DNA from: a bacterium
Lineage (GTDB): Bacteria > Zhuqueibacterota > Zhuqueibacteria > Residuimicrobiales > Krinioviventaceae
DNA: 64,000 bases
Direction of reading: 5' to 3'
NCBI GenBank assembly: GCA_963675755.2
Contig: CAXXMD010000002.1
Span: 1,856,001-1,920,000, forward strand
Shown here: positions 1 through 8,401 of the stretch, in pieces
Numbering within the stretch: the stretch's first letter is position 1
How the letters are laid out: the number at the start of each line of letters is the position of its first letter
The notes under the pieces: generated by a model
What the model saw: the letters and a program-made list of their open reading frames with translations, nothing else
The model's database searches: none
Told to the model about the DNA's origin: nothing
Program-made: the position numbers and the translations under genes

Positions 1-1
1 C

Positions 2-1333
2 TTGGAACATATCAAAAGAATGGTGTTTGCCGAAAAAAACTTTCGCACGTCTCGCACAGGGCCCATTCGTACCAAGGCATTACAAATAGAGGTTAATAAC
101 ACACCGCTGATCTATTCTGCTTCAGACCGGTTTGAAGATCGCGGTATGGTCTATTTACGACATGGTGCACCAAGAGACAAGGCCATTGGCAGTGGTGGCG
201 CCATTATGTCATTCAAGGAACAGACTGGACAAGCATCAAAGGATATTGAAAATTATTTCAACAGTGGTGAATCCTGGTTTTATCCGGCTTCCGGGGGATC
301 TCCCAAAATGATCTTTCATTTTGCAAAGGGTGAGTTCGACAAGGAACCTATGCTGACTCCCTGCCTGCCGCAGCAAATGATTGGAGATTGTTATACGTGG
401 GACAAAAAGTACGCCTGGTATTACAACTCTCGTGATGAAAAAGAAATGCAGCAATTCCAGAACGAAATTATTTTAGAGAATCGCGAAACCATTAAAACCG
501 GACTGGATTCTGACCGCCACCAATGGACACGGCAAACCCGTCCTATTGATATGCCGTTTTACATAGCCGCTTTTGCAGCACCCAAAGGGATGACCCGGTT
601 CGAAATCTATTATGGAATTTCAAATGCATCCAAAGATACGCTAACCGGGATTCTGGAACTGGGATATGGCGTATTTGACACAAACTGGAACGAACTTGAA
701 TCCTCGCATAAAACCATTACAGCAGATCAAATCACAGTCCCATCCGGTCCCGGAGAAATCTGGACGGATGCGTTCTCGTTTGAGGTATACGATCAGGATT
801 ACCTGGTTAGTTTTTACGCCAAATCTCCGGATATGCAGCATATTGGAGGACACAAATTCAGGCTCAGACCGCGAATGTTTAGCGAAACCGAGCTCTGTAT
901 GAGCGACCTGGAGCTTGCCCGTGAACTCGGTGCGGCAGAATCCCAAGAGGGACCTTTTGTAAAAAACGATTTATATGTTGTGCCTCAACCCAATTTAAAA
1001 TTCCATATTCATAATCCGGTTAATGTGTATTTTGAGATCTATAACCTGCCGGTTATTACCAACCGACTGGATTACCAGATACAATACCGGGTTACTCTCA
1101 AAGAACCAGCGAACAAAAATCTGATGGCCAGCCTGACGGGCTTTAACACCATGCGCGAAACCGAACAGTCCGCCACACTGGAACGGTTCAGCGGCTCACG
1201 TTTTTCCGCGGAATCCGTAGGATTGGATCTGAACGAGATGGAACCGGGGCAATATGAAATTGAGGTAGTTGTCGTACTGGCTGACGGTGAAAAAGTATCG
1301 AAAATGCAGAAATTTGAGTTGTTAGGGAATTGA
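2..1333 (+). CDS. GWxTD domain-containing protein (5'-truncated by window edge)
   Basis: DRGMVYLRHGAP...GESWFY matches the GWxTD-family DRG-x-VY-xx-G-x-P / E-x-W-x-Y motifs; C-terminal Ig-like 'VYFEIYNL...PGQYEIEV' region typical of the family. Confidence 0.7.
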   Translation: MEHIKRMVFAEKNFRTSRTGPIRTKALQIEVNNTPLIYSASDRFEDRGMVYLRHGAPRDKAIGSGGAIMSFKEQTGQASKDIENYFNSGESWFYPASGGSPKMIFHFAKGEFDKEPMLTPCLPQQMIGDCYTWDKKYAWYYNSRDEKEMQQFQNEIILENRETIKTGLDSDRHQWTRQTRPIDMPFYIAAFAAPKGMTRFEIYYGISNASKDTLTGILELGYGVFDTNWNELESSHKTITADQITVPSGPGEIWTDAFSFEVYDQDYLVSFYAKSPDMQHIGGHKFRLRPRMFSETELCMSDLELARELGAAESQEGPFVKNDLYVVPQPNLKFHIHNPVNVYFEIYNLPVITNRLDYQIQYRVTLKEPANKNLMASLTGFNTMRETEQSATLERFSGSRFSAESVGLDLNEMEPGQYEIEVVVVLADGEKVSKMQKFELLGN

Positions 1334-1431
1334 TAAACTCTTGAAGATAGCTTTTTTATTAAATTTATAATAAGACAAAACGCAAGTGCACAGAGGTATC
1401 GCTTAGGACTTGGGGTGAAATTAGTTCAAAC

Positions 1432-1485
1432 GGGACAAATGTCCCCAAACCAATATTCCGCGATACATAAATATGTATCGCGATC
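1432..1485. repeat. REP-like two-hairpin repeat, family A copy 1
   Basis: GGGACA-AA-TGTCCC hairpin, then TATTCC, then perfect 11-bp stem CGCGATACATA/TATGTATCGCG; homologous copies at 3640, 3848, 7730. Confidence 0.8.
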
Positions 1486-1496
1486 AGGTGTATCCT

Positions 1497-1541
1497 CGGT
1501 CCCTTTTATACATTCGCCTGCGGCGAACACTCAGGGCCCGG
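1497..1541 (-). repeat. GIY-YIG-associated hairpin repeat, family B (solo copy)
   Basis: Reverse complement CCGGGCCCTGAGT-GTTCGCC-GCA-GGCGAAT-GTATAAAAGGGACCG closely matches the copy at 8233-8277. Confidence 0.75.
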
Positions 1542-1589
1542 AACTCTCAACATTCGCGATCAGTACAACCAGCTTTAGAGACTAGTACA

Positions 1590-3086
1590 TTAATTTTTTA
1601 TCTCTGAGCGGGTCATGTTTCGGTCGAGATTTGTTTGCGGCAGATAAGCACCAGCATCTCGAAGCGTTGTGACCAGCATTTGGGTATCGAGCTCACACGC
1701 CGGCTGCCCGGTGGAAATAGATTGTACAGCAGCCGTGCCAGCAGCTTGTCCCATCATAGAACAAGCGGGTTGAACCCGGATTGAGCCATGTGCACGGACA
1801 TCACTAGAGTTGCTACGACCTGCAACCCAGAGGTTCTTCCATCCTTTGGGAACGAGAATCCCGTAGGGGATACCAAAACTTTCTCCTGCTTTCAGTCGAC
1901 CTGTTTTACTAAACTGTTCATGATACCGCTGGTATTCTTTATCCGAATCATCATAGACATGGATGTCTACCGGTGCGTTGTACACCCCGATCTGGTCAGC
2001 AAACTGTCGTTGTGTTATATAATCTTCATAAGTTAGTTCATACTCTCCAACAATACGCCGGGATTCACGAACGCCCATCAGACTTCCCGTTGTGACAAGC
2101 TCAGCATTTTCACAACCCGGTACGTATTTGCGATAGAAAGAGAGGAATTCCTGAACCAGCTTGCGGCCCATTACTATACCATCACTCAAACTGCGGCAAT
2201 TCACTGCGTTCATGTGGAAAACGTGTCCCGCATTCAACATGCCCGTGGTCTCGCCAACCCTGAATAGTCCCGGTACATGGCGGTCATTATAAGTAAAGTG
2301 TCCATCATCGAGAGCCTTTAGAACGTATTTTTGCTGGTTGACGGGTTCCGTTATCTTCCAGTCGATGCCACCTATTTGTGCACATAGTGTGGGAGGCATG
2401 ATATTGGGTGTATCGCGACCGGCTTCCCGATAAGGAACATTACAAAGGTCAGACAATACCGCATCTCCAGTGGCGTCTATGAATGTTTTTGCACGTACAA
2501 AACAGAATCCCTCTACATTCTGGAGAATAACACCATTAACCGTATGACCGTTTGTATCAGCATCCACCACTCGTGTAAAATAACGCACCTCTACATTATT
2601 GTCGGTTACCAGTTCATCAAGCACTACCTTGTAACCCTCAACACGGAAAGGGGTCCAGGTTGAATGTCGTTTACTATAGAAATCTTTTGTGACTTGTGGA
2701 GCTAGAAAACCCCGTTTGTGCATGGTGGTGACGATCTCACGCATCAATCCACCTACCAGCATGCGTTCTCCATTGGCCATAGGATCAAAAGCTGTCACAA
2801 GCCCGGATGTGCCCATACCGCCGAGGCAGCCGGTGGCCTCTACCAGCAGCACGTTCGCCCCGAGACGTGAGGCACAAACTGCAGCAGCGGTACCAGCGGG
2901 TCCGCCTCCGACAATGACAAGATCGTATTCCTTGTCAACGGGTATTTCGCGTGAAAAGTGATAGGTAGCATTGGTGTTTGTGGTTGCAGAGGATACAGTG
3001 CTGCTGACGGCTGGTTTATTAAATGCTGCCGCACCCATACCTGCGGCAGATGTCATTACAAACGATCTACGGGTTATTTTTTTCAT
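1590..3086 (-). CDS. Tat-exported FAD-dependent oxidoreductase (FAD_oxidored family)
   Basis: TRRSF twin-arginine leader; DLVIVGGGPAG Rossmann motif; FIDATGDA; GVRESRRIVG; IPYGILVP...NLWVAGR. Confidence 0.85.
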   Translation of the reverse strand: MKKITRRSFVMTSAAGMGAAAFNKPAVSSTVSSATTNTNATYHFSREIPVDKEYDLVIVGGGPAGTAAAVCASRLGANVLLVEATGCLGGMGTSGLVTAFDPMANGERMLVGGLMREIVTTMHKRGFLAPQVTKDFYSKRHSTWTPFRVEGYKVVLDELVTDNNVEVRYFTRVVDADTNGHTVNGVILQNVEGFCFVRAKTFIDATGDAVLSDLCNVPYREAGRDTPNIMPPTLCAQIGGIDWKITEPVNQQKYVLKALDDGHFTYNDRHVPGLFRVGETTGMLNAGHVFHMNAVNCRSLSDGIVMGRKLVQEFLSFYRKYVPGCENAELVTTGSLMGVRESRRIVGEYELTYEDYITQRQFADQIGVYNAPVDIHVYDDSDKEYQRYHEQFSKTGRLKAGESFGIPYGILVPKGWKNLWVAGRSNSSDVRAHGSIRVQPACSMMGQAAGTAAVQSISTGQPACELDTQMLVTTLRDAGAYLPQTNLDRNMTRSEIKN

Positions 3087-3311
3087 GAGTTCTCCAGTTG
3101 CGCCACAAAGAACGCCAGGTAAATAGTTGGAAATTGATTTTCACTATTGAAAAAAGAAAAAACGGTAGTAGATATAAACGGTTTTAGTTCAGACCAAACC
3201 GTATAATATCTTTTATGGTGTGCTCTTTAAACACTGTTATAATTTAAAAATAGCGCAGTATACTGCAAGCGTTATTTTCTAATGTCCGTTTTAATCTGGT
3301 TCCAAGGCTCT

Positions 3312-3590
3312 CAGACTGTGTGAAAATGAATTAAATTTTAAACAAATAAAATTATATTTATGAGCAAAATTTAAAAAAGACGTGGAGTGCATTACCTTTA
3401 TGTAATGCGGGCCGTCGGAGACGGCCTCTACTCAACTATATTTGCATAAGAATATTGAACTGACATCACAATAATAAATCTATAATATTTGAAAAGCAGA
3501 CGAATTTAAATCGGACCTTCGGCCCGACGCATCGCATAAAGGCGATGCACTCCAAAAACATAACAATTTTTCTTGTTTTTACACAACCTG
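3312..3590. mobile_element. MITE-like 279-bp non-autonomous element
   Basis: Terminal inverted repeats CAGACTGTGTGAAAA / TTTTTACACAACCTG (12/15 match), flanked by a TCT duplication (3309-3311, 3591-3593), splitting the hairpin GTTCCAAGGC-TCT-GCCTTGGAAC. Confidence 0.7.
3383..3554. repeat. Inverted pair of REP-like repeats (family D) inside the MITE
   Basis: TGGAGT-GCATTAC-CTTTAT-GTAATGC plus second hairpin (3383-3431) and inverted TGGAGT-GCATCGC-CTTTAT-GCGATGC plus hairpin (3511-3554). Confidence 0.75.
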
Positions 3591-3639
3591 TCTGCCTTGG
3601 AACTCTATCTCCCCTAACACTCCCCTTTTGCATGAAACA

Positions 3640-3690
3640 GGACAAATGTCCCAAACTTATATTCCACGACACATGGATATGTGTCGCGAT
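3640..3690. repeat. REP-like repeat, family A copy 2
   Basis: GGACAAATGTCCC...TATTCCA-CGACACAT-GGAT-ATGTGTCG-CGAT. Confidence 0.8.
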
Positions 3691-3750
3691 AATGGGTGCA
3701 AAGGTATTGCAGGAAACGCAAATGGGAGTTTAATAAGGAACAGACTTTTT

Positions 3751-3775
3751 TTAATCTGCGTGTATCTGTGGTTAA
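3751..3775 (-). repeat. Dispersed CACAGAT-type repeat (family C)
   Basis: Reverse complement TTAACCACAGATACACGCAGATTAA is 24/25 identical to 24863-24887. Confidence 0.7.
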
Positions 3776-3788
3776 TTATTTTTTTTCT

Positions 3789-3813
3789 GGCTCCAAGGCT
3801 CGGCCTTGGAGCC
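3789..3813. repeat. Intact hairpin resembling the MITE target (family E)
   Basis: GGCTCCAAGGC-TCG-GCCTTGGAGCC perfect stem. Confidence 0.7.
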
Positions 3814-3847
3814 TTAATTTTCTCAACTCTCGTTGAGAGTTTACTAC

Positions 3848-3900
3848 GGGACACTGGTCCCTAGATACTATTCCGTAATACATAAATATGTTTCATCATC
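3848..3900. repeat. REP-like repeat, family A copy 3 (degenerate)
   Basis: GGGACACTGGTCCC...TATTCCGTAATACATAAATATGT. Confidence 0.6.
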
Positions 3901-3954
3901 AAAAATCCATACAATTCCATTAGCGGCTTTTACGAATTTGTTGTATATTCTTGT

Positions 3955-5772
3955 ATGGATAAAAAACGAATAGAACTACTTGCCCCGGCAAAAAACCTTG
4001 CTCAAGGTAAAACTGCTATCGATTATGGTGCCGATGCGGTATACATTGGTGCACCGCAATACAGTGCTCGTTCCCGAGCAGGCAATTCCATTGCCGATAT
4101 TGAACAACTTGCCGCATATGCGCATACCTGGTATGCCAATGTCTATGTTGCGCTCAACACCCTGCTGACAGACAAAGAACTTGACGATGCCGTTAAACAT
4201 GTTCATCAATTATATAATGCCGGCATTGATGGATTGATCATCCAGGATGTGGGACTACTGGAGCGAAACCTGCCCCCCATCCCCATCATAGCAAGCACGC
4301 AAATGCACAACAATACAGCGGCAAAAGCCGCCTTTTTGGAACAAATCGGATTTAAACGCATTATTCTGGCGCGAGAATTGGGATTAAAAGATATAAAGGC
4401 GATCCGGCAGAAAAGTGAAATTGAGTTAGAGTATTTTGTGCATGGCGCATTGTGTGTAAGTTACAGCGGACAATGTTACCTGAGTTATACTGCCGGCGGA
4501 CGCAGTGGTAATCGTGGCGAATGCGCACAACCCTGTCGAAAACGTTACAGCCTGCAAGATGAAGACGGCAATACCATTGTGAATGATCGCTACCTGCTTT
4601 CCATCAAAGATCTGAACCACTCGCAGCATCTGGGAGATTTACTGGACGCGGGTATCACCTCTTTTAAAATCGAGGGGCGTTTAAAAGATGAAACCTATGT
4701 AAAAAACGTGGTTACCTCGTATCGACGCGCGTTAGACATAGAACTTGAGAAACGCGATTTAGCCCGTTCATCATCAGGCGCATCATTTACAGACCTGCAG
4801 CCAAATCTCAATTACAGCTTTAATCGCGGATACACCTCGTATTTTATTGACGGACGTCCCCAAAACCTGGGTACCAATGAAACACCCAAGATGGTTGGCA
4901 ATTTCATCGGGAAAATTAAAAATACAGACAAACAGTCATTTACACTTGAAACCAAACATGATCTGACCAATGGTGATGGAATTTCGTTTTTCAAAGACAA
5001 TGAATTGCATGGAACAATCATTAACCGCGTAGAGGCTGAACGTGTTATTCCTGAGAAAATGGAAGGTCTGGTTAAAGGAATAGAAATTTATCGCAATCAT
5101 CATCATGCGTTTATCAAACAGGTTACATCAAGTAAAAGCGAACGCAAAATTCCGATATACATCACTCTATTCAAAACTGAAAATGGATTGGGTGCAACCT
5201 TTCAAGACACAGACAACAATGTTATAACTGTAGAGATGGATGCAGAAAAAGTCCCTGCACAAAAACCGGAAGCAATGCGCACAACGTTGCATAAACAAAT
5301 GGCAAAACTGGGCGAAACTGAATTTATTGCAAATCTCATTGAAACAGATAATCTTGAACAGTTTTTCTTTCCTATGGGTGTATTGAATGCTTTGCGTCGT
5401 GAAGCGGTTGAACGTTTACAGGCAGAACGACAACTCAATCGTCCTGTTGAGCTGAGAAGTATTGATAAAAACGATATCCCTTACCCTGAAACGTCACTCT
5501 CTTTTACCGGAAATGTACTGAATAAAAGTGCCAGACATTTTTACCATCGACATGGTGTTACGGATATTGAATCTGCCGCGGAAAGTGGATTGGATTTGAG
5601 CGATAAAAAAGTAATGACTACAAAGTACTGTATACGTGAACAAATCGGAATCTGTATACGTACAAAACCGGAGAACAAATATAAAGAACCGTTCTATCTC
5701 ATTGATGAGCAAGGGCACCGATATCGTCTTGCGTTCAATTGCAAAGACTGCGAAATGGAAGTATATTACTAA
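3955..5772 (+). CDS. rlhA: U32 peptidase family protein with DUF3656, probable 23S rRNA 5-hydroxycytidine synthase
   Basis: ELLAPA, GADAVYIG, HGALCVSYSGQCYLS, SGNRGECAQPCR, KIEGR motifs; ~600 aa with C-terminal MTTKYCIR...C...FNCKDCEM. Confidence 0.8.
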   Translation: MDKKRIELLAPAKNLAQGKTAIDYGADAVYIGAPQYSARSRAGNSIADIEQLAAYAHTWYANVYVALNTLLTDKELDDAVKHVHQLYNAGIDGLIIQDVGLLERNLPPIPIIASTQMHNNTAAKAAFLEQIGFKRIILARELGLKDIKAIRQKSEIELEYFVHGALCVSYSGQCYLSYTAGGRSGNRGECAQPCRKRYSLQDEDGNTIVNDRYLLSIKDLNHSQHLGDLLDAGITSFKIEGRLKDETYVKNVVTSYRRALDIELEKRDLARSSSGASFTDLQPNLNYSFNRGYTSYFIDGRPQNLGTNETPKMVGNFIGKIKNTDKQSFTLETKHDLTNGDGISFFKDNELHGTIINRVEAERVIPEKMEGLVKGIEIYRNHHHAFIKQVTSSKSERKIPIYITLFKTENGLGATFQDTDNNVITVEMDAEKVPAQKPEAMRTTLHKQMAKLGETEFIANLIETDNLEQFFFPMGVLNALRREAVERLQAERQLNRPVELRSIDKNDIPYPETSLSFTGNVLNKSARHFYHRHGVTDIESAAESGLDLSDKKVMTTKYCIREQIGICIRTKPENKYKEPFYLIDEQGHRYRLAFNCKDCEMEVYY

Positions 5773-5777
5773 TTAAA

Positions 5778-5845
5778 AGTTGTCAGTTGTCAGTTGTCAG
5801 TTGTCAGTTGTCAGTTGTCAGTTGTCAGTTGTCAGTTGTCAGTTG
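5778..5845. repeat. Perfect heptamer tandem repeat (AGTTGTC)x9 plus partial copy
   Basis: Read directly, between two convergent genes. Confidence 0.95.
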
Positions 5846-5882
5846 CAAGAAAAAACAGGGCCGTTAACTCACAACTAGATTT

Positions 5883-7550
5883 CTATCGCATCAGCAGCAC
5901 CTTGCGAACCAGGATATTTTTATCAGTTTTGAGAACAATCAAATACATACCGGATGCGGATAAATTTCCCAAGTTGTCACAACCGTTCCACCCGGTTTTA
6001 TAGATTCCATCTGACTGGTTCTGCCGGACCAGTGTTGCAACCTGCCTGCCTGATATGGTAAATACCAACAGTTCAACCGGACCGTTGTATTCTGATAAAA
6101 TATAAGTAATCTCTGTTGATGGATTGAATGGATTGGGATACGGAGCCGTGAGTTCTATTTTATCCGGCACCTTGATATTGGCAAGAGTAACAGAATCCAG
6201 AATACAGACCTGACCATCCGTGCTCACATCAGAAATCCGGTAACATTGCCGGTCAGCAATACCAGTCCGTATATCCGTATATGAATAACGGGTTGGATGG
6301 AATATCGTCCCCTGCCCAAGCAATTCCGGATGAGTGACATACGATGCGATTCTGGACCAATTTCCGTTACAGTCTCTACTTTCTAAAATGAACCCCAGAT
6401 TATTGAGTTCTGTTTCTGTGGTCCAGTTGATCATTGCCCTGCCATCTTTATAAACTGCACTCAATGCAGACAATTCAACTGGCAAACCTACCGCGGTTGT
6501 CCCCGGTACTGCACCAGATTTATAACTTACAATTGTATTATGAGGATTATTATCATGACTGTTGGTTTGGGTTTCTACAACAAAATAATAGGTAGTGGAA
6601 TGTGTTAATCCGCTTACAACCATAGATGTTATGGATTTGTTTTCGGTCATTCCGTAAAAGCTAAAAGGTCCCCCGGTTGAGGTGGCATAGCTTATCCGAT
6701 ATCCACCAGTATCTCCGGTATAATCAATTGCATTCCAATTTATAGTTATTGTGGTTTCGGTAGGATTTGATGCATAAATTCCGGAAGGTGTAACGGTTTG
6801 GGTGAGTTTCCAATCCCCAACGAATTGTTTTTCGCTCAAAAACGATTCAATTGTTGGATTATTTGTGTAAAGCGCATTCCAACGTAAATCATGTATATAT
6901 GTCGGTTTGTCCAGTTTTATCAAATCCTGAGGAACAGATCCGGTTAAACAATTGGAATTCATCCCAAGATAAATCAAGGATGATAAATTGCCCAAATTGG
7001 AAGGAATAGCTCCGGCCAACTTGTTTCTGGCAAGATTGAGTGTTGATAGATTACTCAAATTCCCAAGTTGAGCAGGAATTCCACCGGTCAACAGGTTATT
7101 CGCAAGCGAGAGGGTTAGTAAATTCCCAATATTACCCAGTAGCGGGGGGATGGCTCCCGTTAGATTGTTTGCCCCAAGATCGAGTTTATTTAAACCTGAC
7201 AGTGCTCCCAATTCTGCAGGAATAGAGCCAGAGAGGTTGTTACTGCTCAGATTAATCTGTGTAACATGGTCCGATCCTATTGTTATACCTTTCCATGCGG
7301 ATTCACTGCCAGGCATTGCAAAGCCATCTGCGTCCAGGGGTGGACTTTTCCAGCCGTAATTATCGGTCCAGGAATCACCATGGGTACTGTTGTATAGCAC
7401 AATCAAAACATTCCGCTCAGCAGAGGGTATTGCAGCCAACAGTTGCAAATTTATCATAAAAAATAAATGGATTACCAGTAACCCAAAATTCTTGAATGTC
7501 ACGGCAATATCCTTTCCCAATCCCAAAGACAATATTCCAGGAACAATCAA
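5883..7550 (-). CDS. Secreted plant-type LRR + FN3 protein with T9SS C-terminal domain (start uncertain)
   Basis: LYNSTHGDSWTDN cap; repeated LxLxxNxLxGxIPxxLGxLxxL; FN3 (GYRISY...VSGLTHSTTYYFVV); LPVEL domain; PYPNPFNP CTD. Confidence 0.85.
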   Translation of the reverse strand: MIVPGILSLGLGKDIAVTFKNFGLLVIHLFFMINLQLLAAIPSAERNVLIVLYNSTHGDSWTDNYGWKSPPLDADGFAMPGSESAWKGITIGSDHVTQINLSSNNLSGSIPAELGALSGLNKLDLGANNLTGAIPPLLGNIGNLLTLSLANNLLTGGIPAQLGNLSNLSTLNLARNKLAGAIPSNLGNLSSLIYLGMNSNCLTGSVPQDLIKLDKPTYIHDLRWNALYTNNPTIESFLSEKQFVGDWKLTQTVTPSGIYASNPTETTITINWNAIDYTGDTGGYRISYATSTGGPFSFYGMTENKSITSMVVSGLTHSTTYYFVVETQTNSHDNNPHNTIVSYKSGAVPGTTAVGLPVELSALSAVYKDGRAMINWTTETELNNLGFILESRDCNGNWSRIASYVTHPELLGQGTIFHPTRYSYTDIRTGIADRQCYRISDVSTDGQVCILDSVTLANIKVPDKIELTAPYPNPFNPSTEITYILSEYNGPVELLVFTISGRQVATLVRQNQSDGIYKTGWNGCDNLGNLSASGMYLIVLKTDKNILVRKVLLMR

Positions 7551-7729
7551 ATACTATTTTACTGCTAATACGTGTATGGCGGGATTCATTGAGATTCAAT
7601 GAAATCAAAATCCAAGTAGTATATAATACAAATTCTTTTATAATAATAAAACAGATTTTCAAAAAATATTAATAAAACAAGAAACACTTTTGTATAGATA
7701 GATTACTTTGCTCGCTTTTAGATTTTAAT

Positions 7730-7782
7730 GGGACAAATGTCCCTCAATACTATTCCACGACACATGAATATGTGTCACGATC
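7730..7782. repeat. REP-like repeat, family A copy 4
   Basis: GGGACAAATGTCCC...TATTCCAC-GACACAT-GAAT-ATGTGTC-ACGATC. Confidence 0.8.
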
Positions 7783-7789
7783 AAGTTGA

Positions 7790-7844
7790 CCGGTCCCTGA
7801 GTAGTCCATTTGCCTTTGGGCGGATGGACATATCGAAGGGCCGG
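7790..7844 (+). repeat. Family B hairpin repeat downstream of GIY-YIG gene
   Basis: CCGGTCCCTGAGT-[inner hairpin]-ATATCGAAGGGCCGG. Confidence 0.85.
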
Positions 7845-7882
7845 GGTCGACAACAGTTTACCAAAAAAGGAAATAATACATT

Positions 7883-8164
7883 CTAACGAAAACACTTTTT
7901 TGCCAATTGAGGTAATGACTCATATTTATCAAAAATTAAAGCCTGCTTTTTGGCTCTGGTCCAGCCTTTAATTTGATGCTCCCTACTGAATGCATCTTTT
8001 ATTCTTTCATATTCTTCCCAATAGACCAGTTTAACGGGCAAACGATTTTTGGTATATTTTGCTCCCTGCCCGTTTTCATGATCACATAAACGTTGCTCAA
8101 GATTCCATGTACTTCCAGTATAATAACTCTTGTCTGCGCATTCGAGGATGTATGTATATGGCAT
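7883..8164 (-). CDS. Stand-alone GIY-YIG nuclease (YhbQ/UPF0213-like), start reassigned to ATG at 8164
   Basis: YTYILECAD..YYTGST..LEQR..H..G.GAKYT..RLPVKLVY.E...A..RE.QIKGW motifs; GGGGGA ribosome-binding site upstream. Confidence 0.9.
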   Translation of the reverse strand: MPYTYILECADKSYYTGSTWNLEQRLCDHENGQGAKYTKNRLPVKLVYWEEYERIKDAFSREHQIKGWTRAKKQALIFDKYESLPQLAKKCFR

Positions 8165-8232
8165 ATGTGTATCCCCCCTATTTTTTAATTTAACCGATCT
8201 TTCAAAAACTTGTTTGCCTGCATTTCGCTTAG

Positions 8233-8373
8233 CCGGCCCTTCGATACGTTCGCCTTTGGCGAACACTCAGGGTCCGGCGTTGTTCCTTTTAAAACAAACA
8301 CCTCTAAAAATCCAAGGCCCGGTCCCTGAGTAGGACATCCGCCAGTAGGTGGATGGACGTATCGAAGGGCCGG
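8233..8373. repeat. Inverted dimer of family B repeats upstream of GIY-YIG gene
   Basis: 8233-8277 (CCGGCCCTTCGATAC...ACTCAGGGTCCGG) and 8319-8373 (CCGGTCCCTGAGT...GTATCGAAGGGCCGG), 41-bp spacer. Confidence 0.85.
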
Positions 8374-8401
8374 AACAGTAAACTATTGATAACAATGAGT
8401 C

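Noticed and set aside
3466-3864. Four short ORFs as MITE-encoded or transposase remnants
   Set aside because: They are translations of REP/MITE sequence with no recognisable protein motif.
5794-6003. ORF MSVVSCQLSVVSCQ...
   Set aside because: Translation of the heptamer repeat running antisense into a real gene.
8165-8266. N-terminal extension of the GIY-YIG ORF
   Set aside because: It reads through the family B repeat; the domain and RBS point to ATG at 8164.
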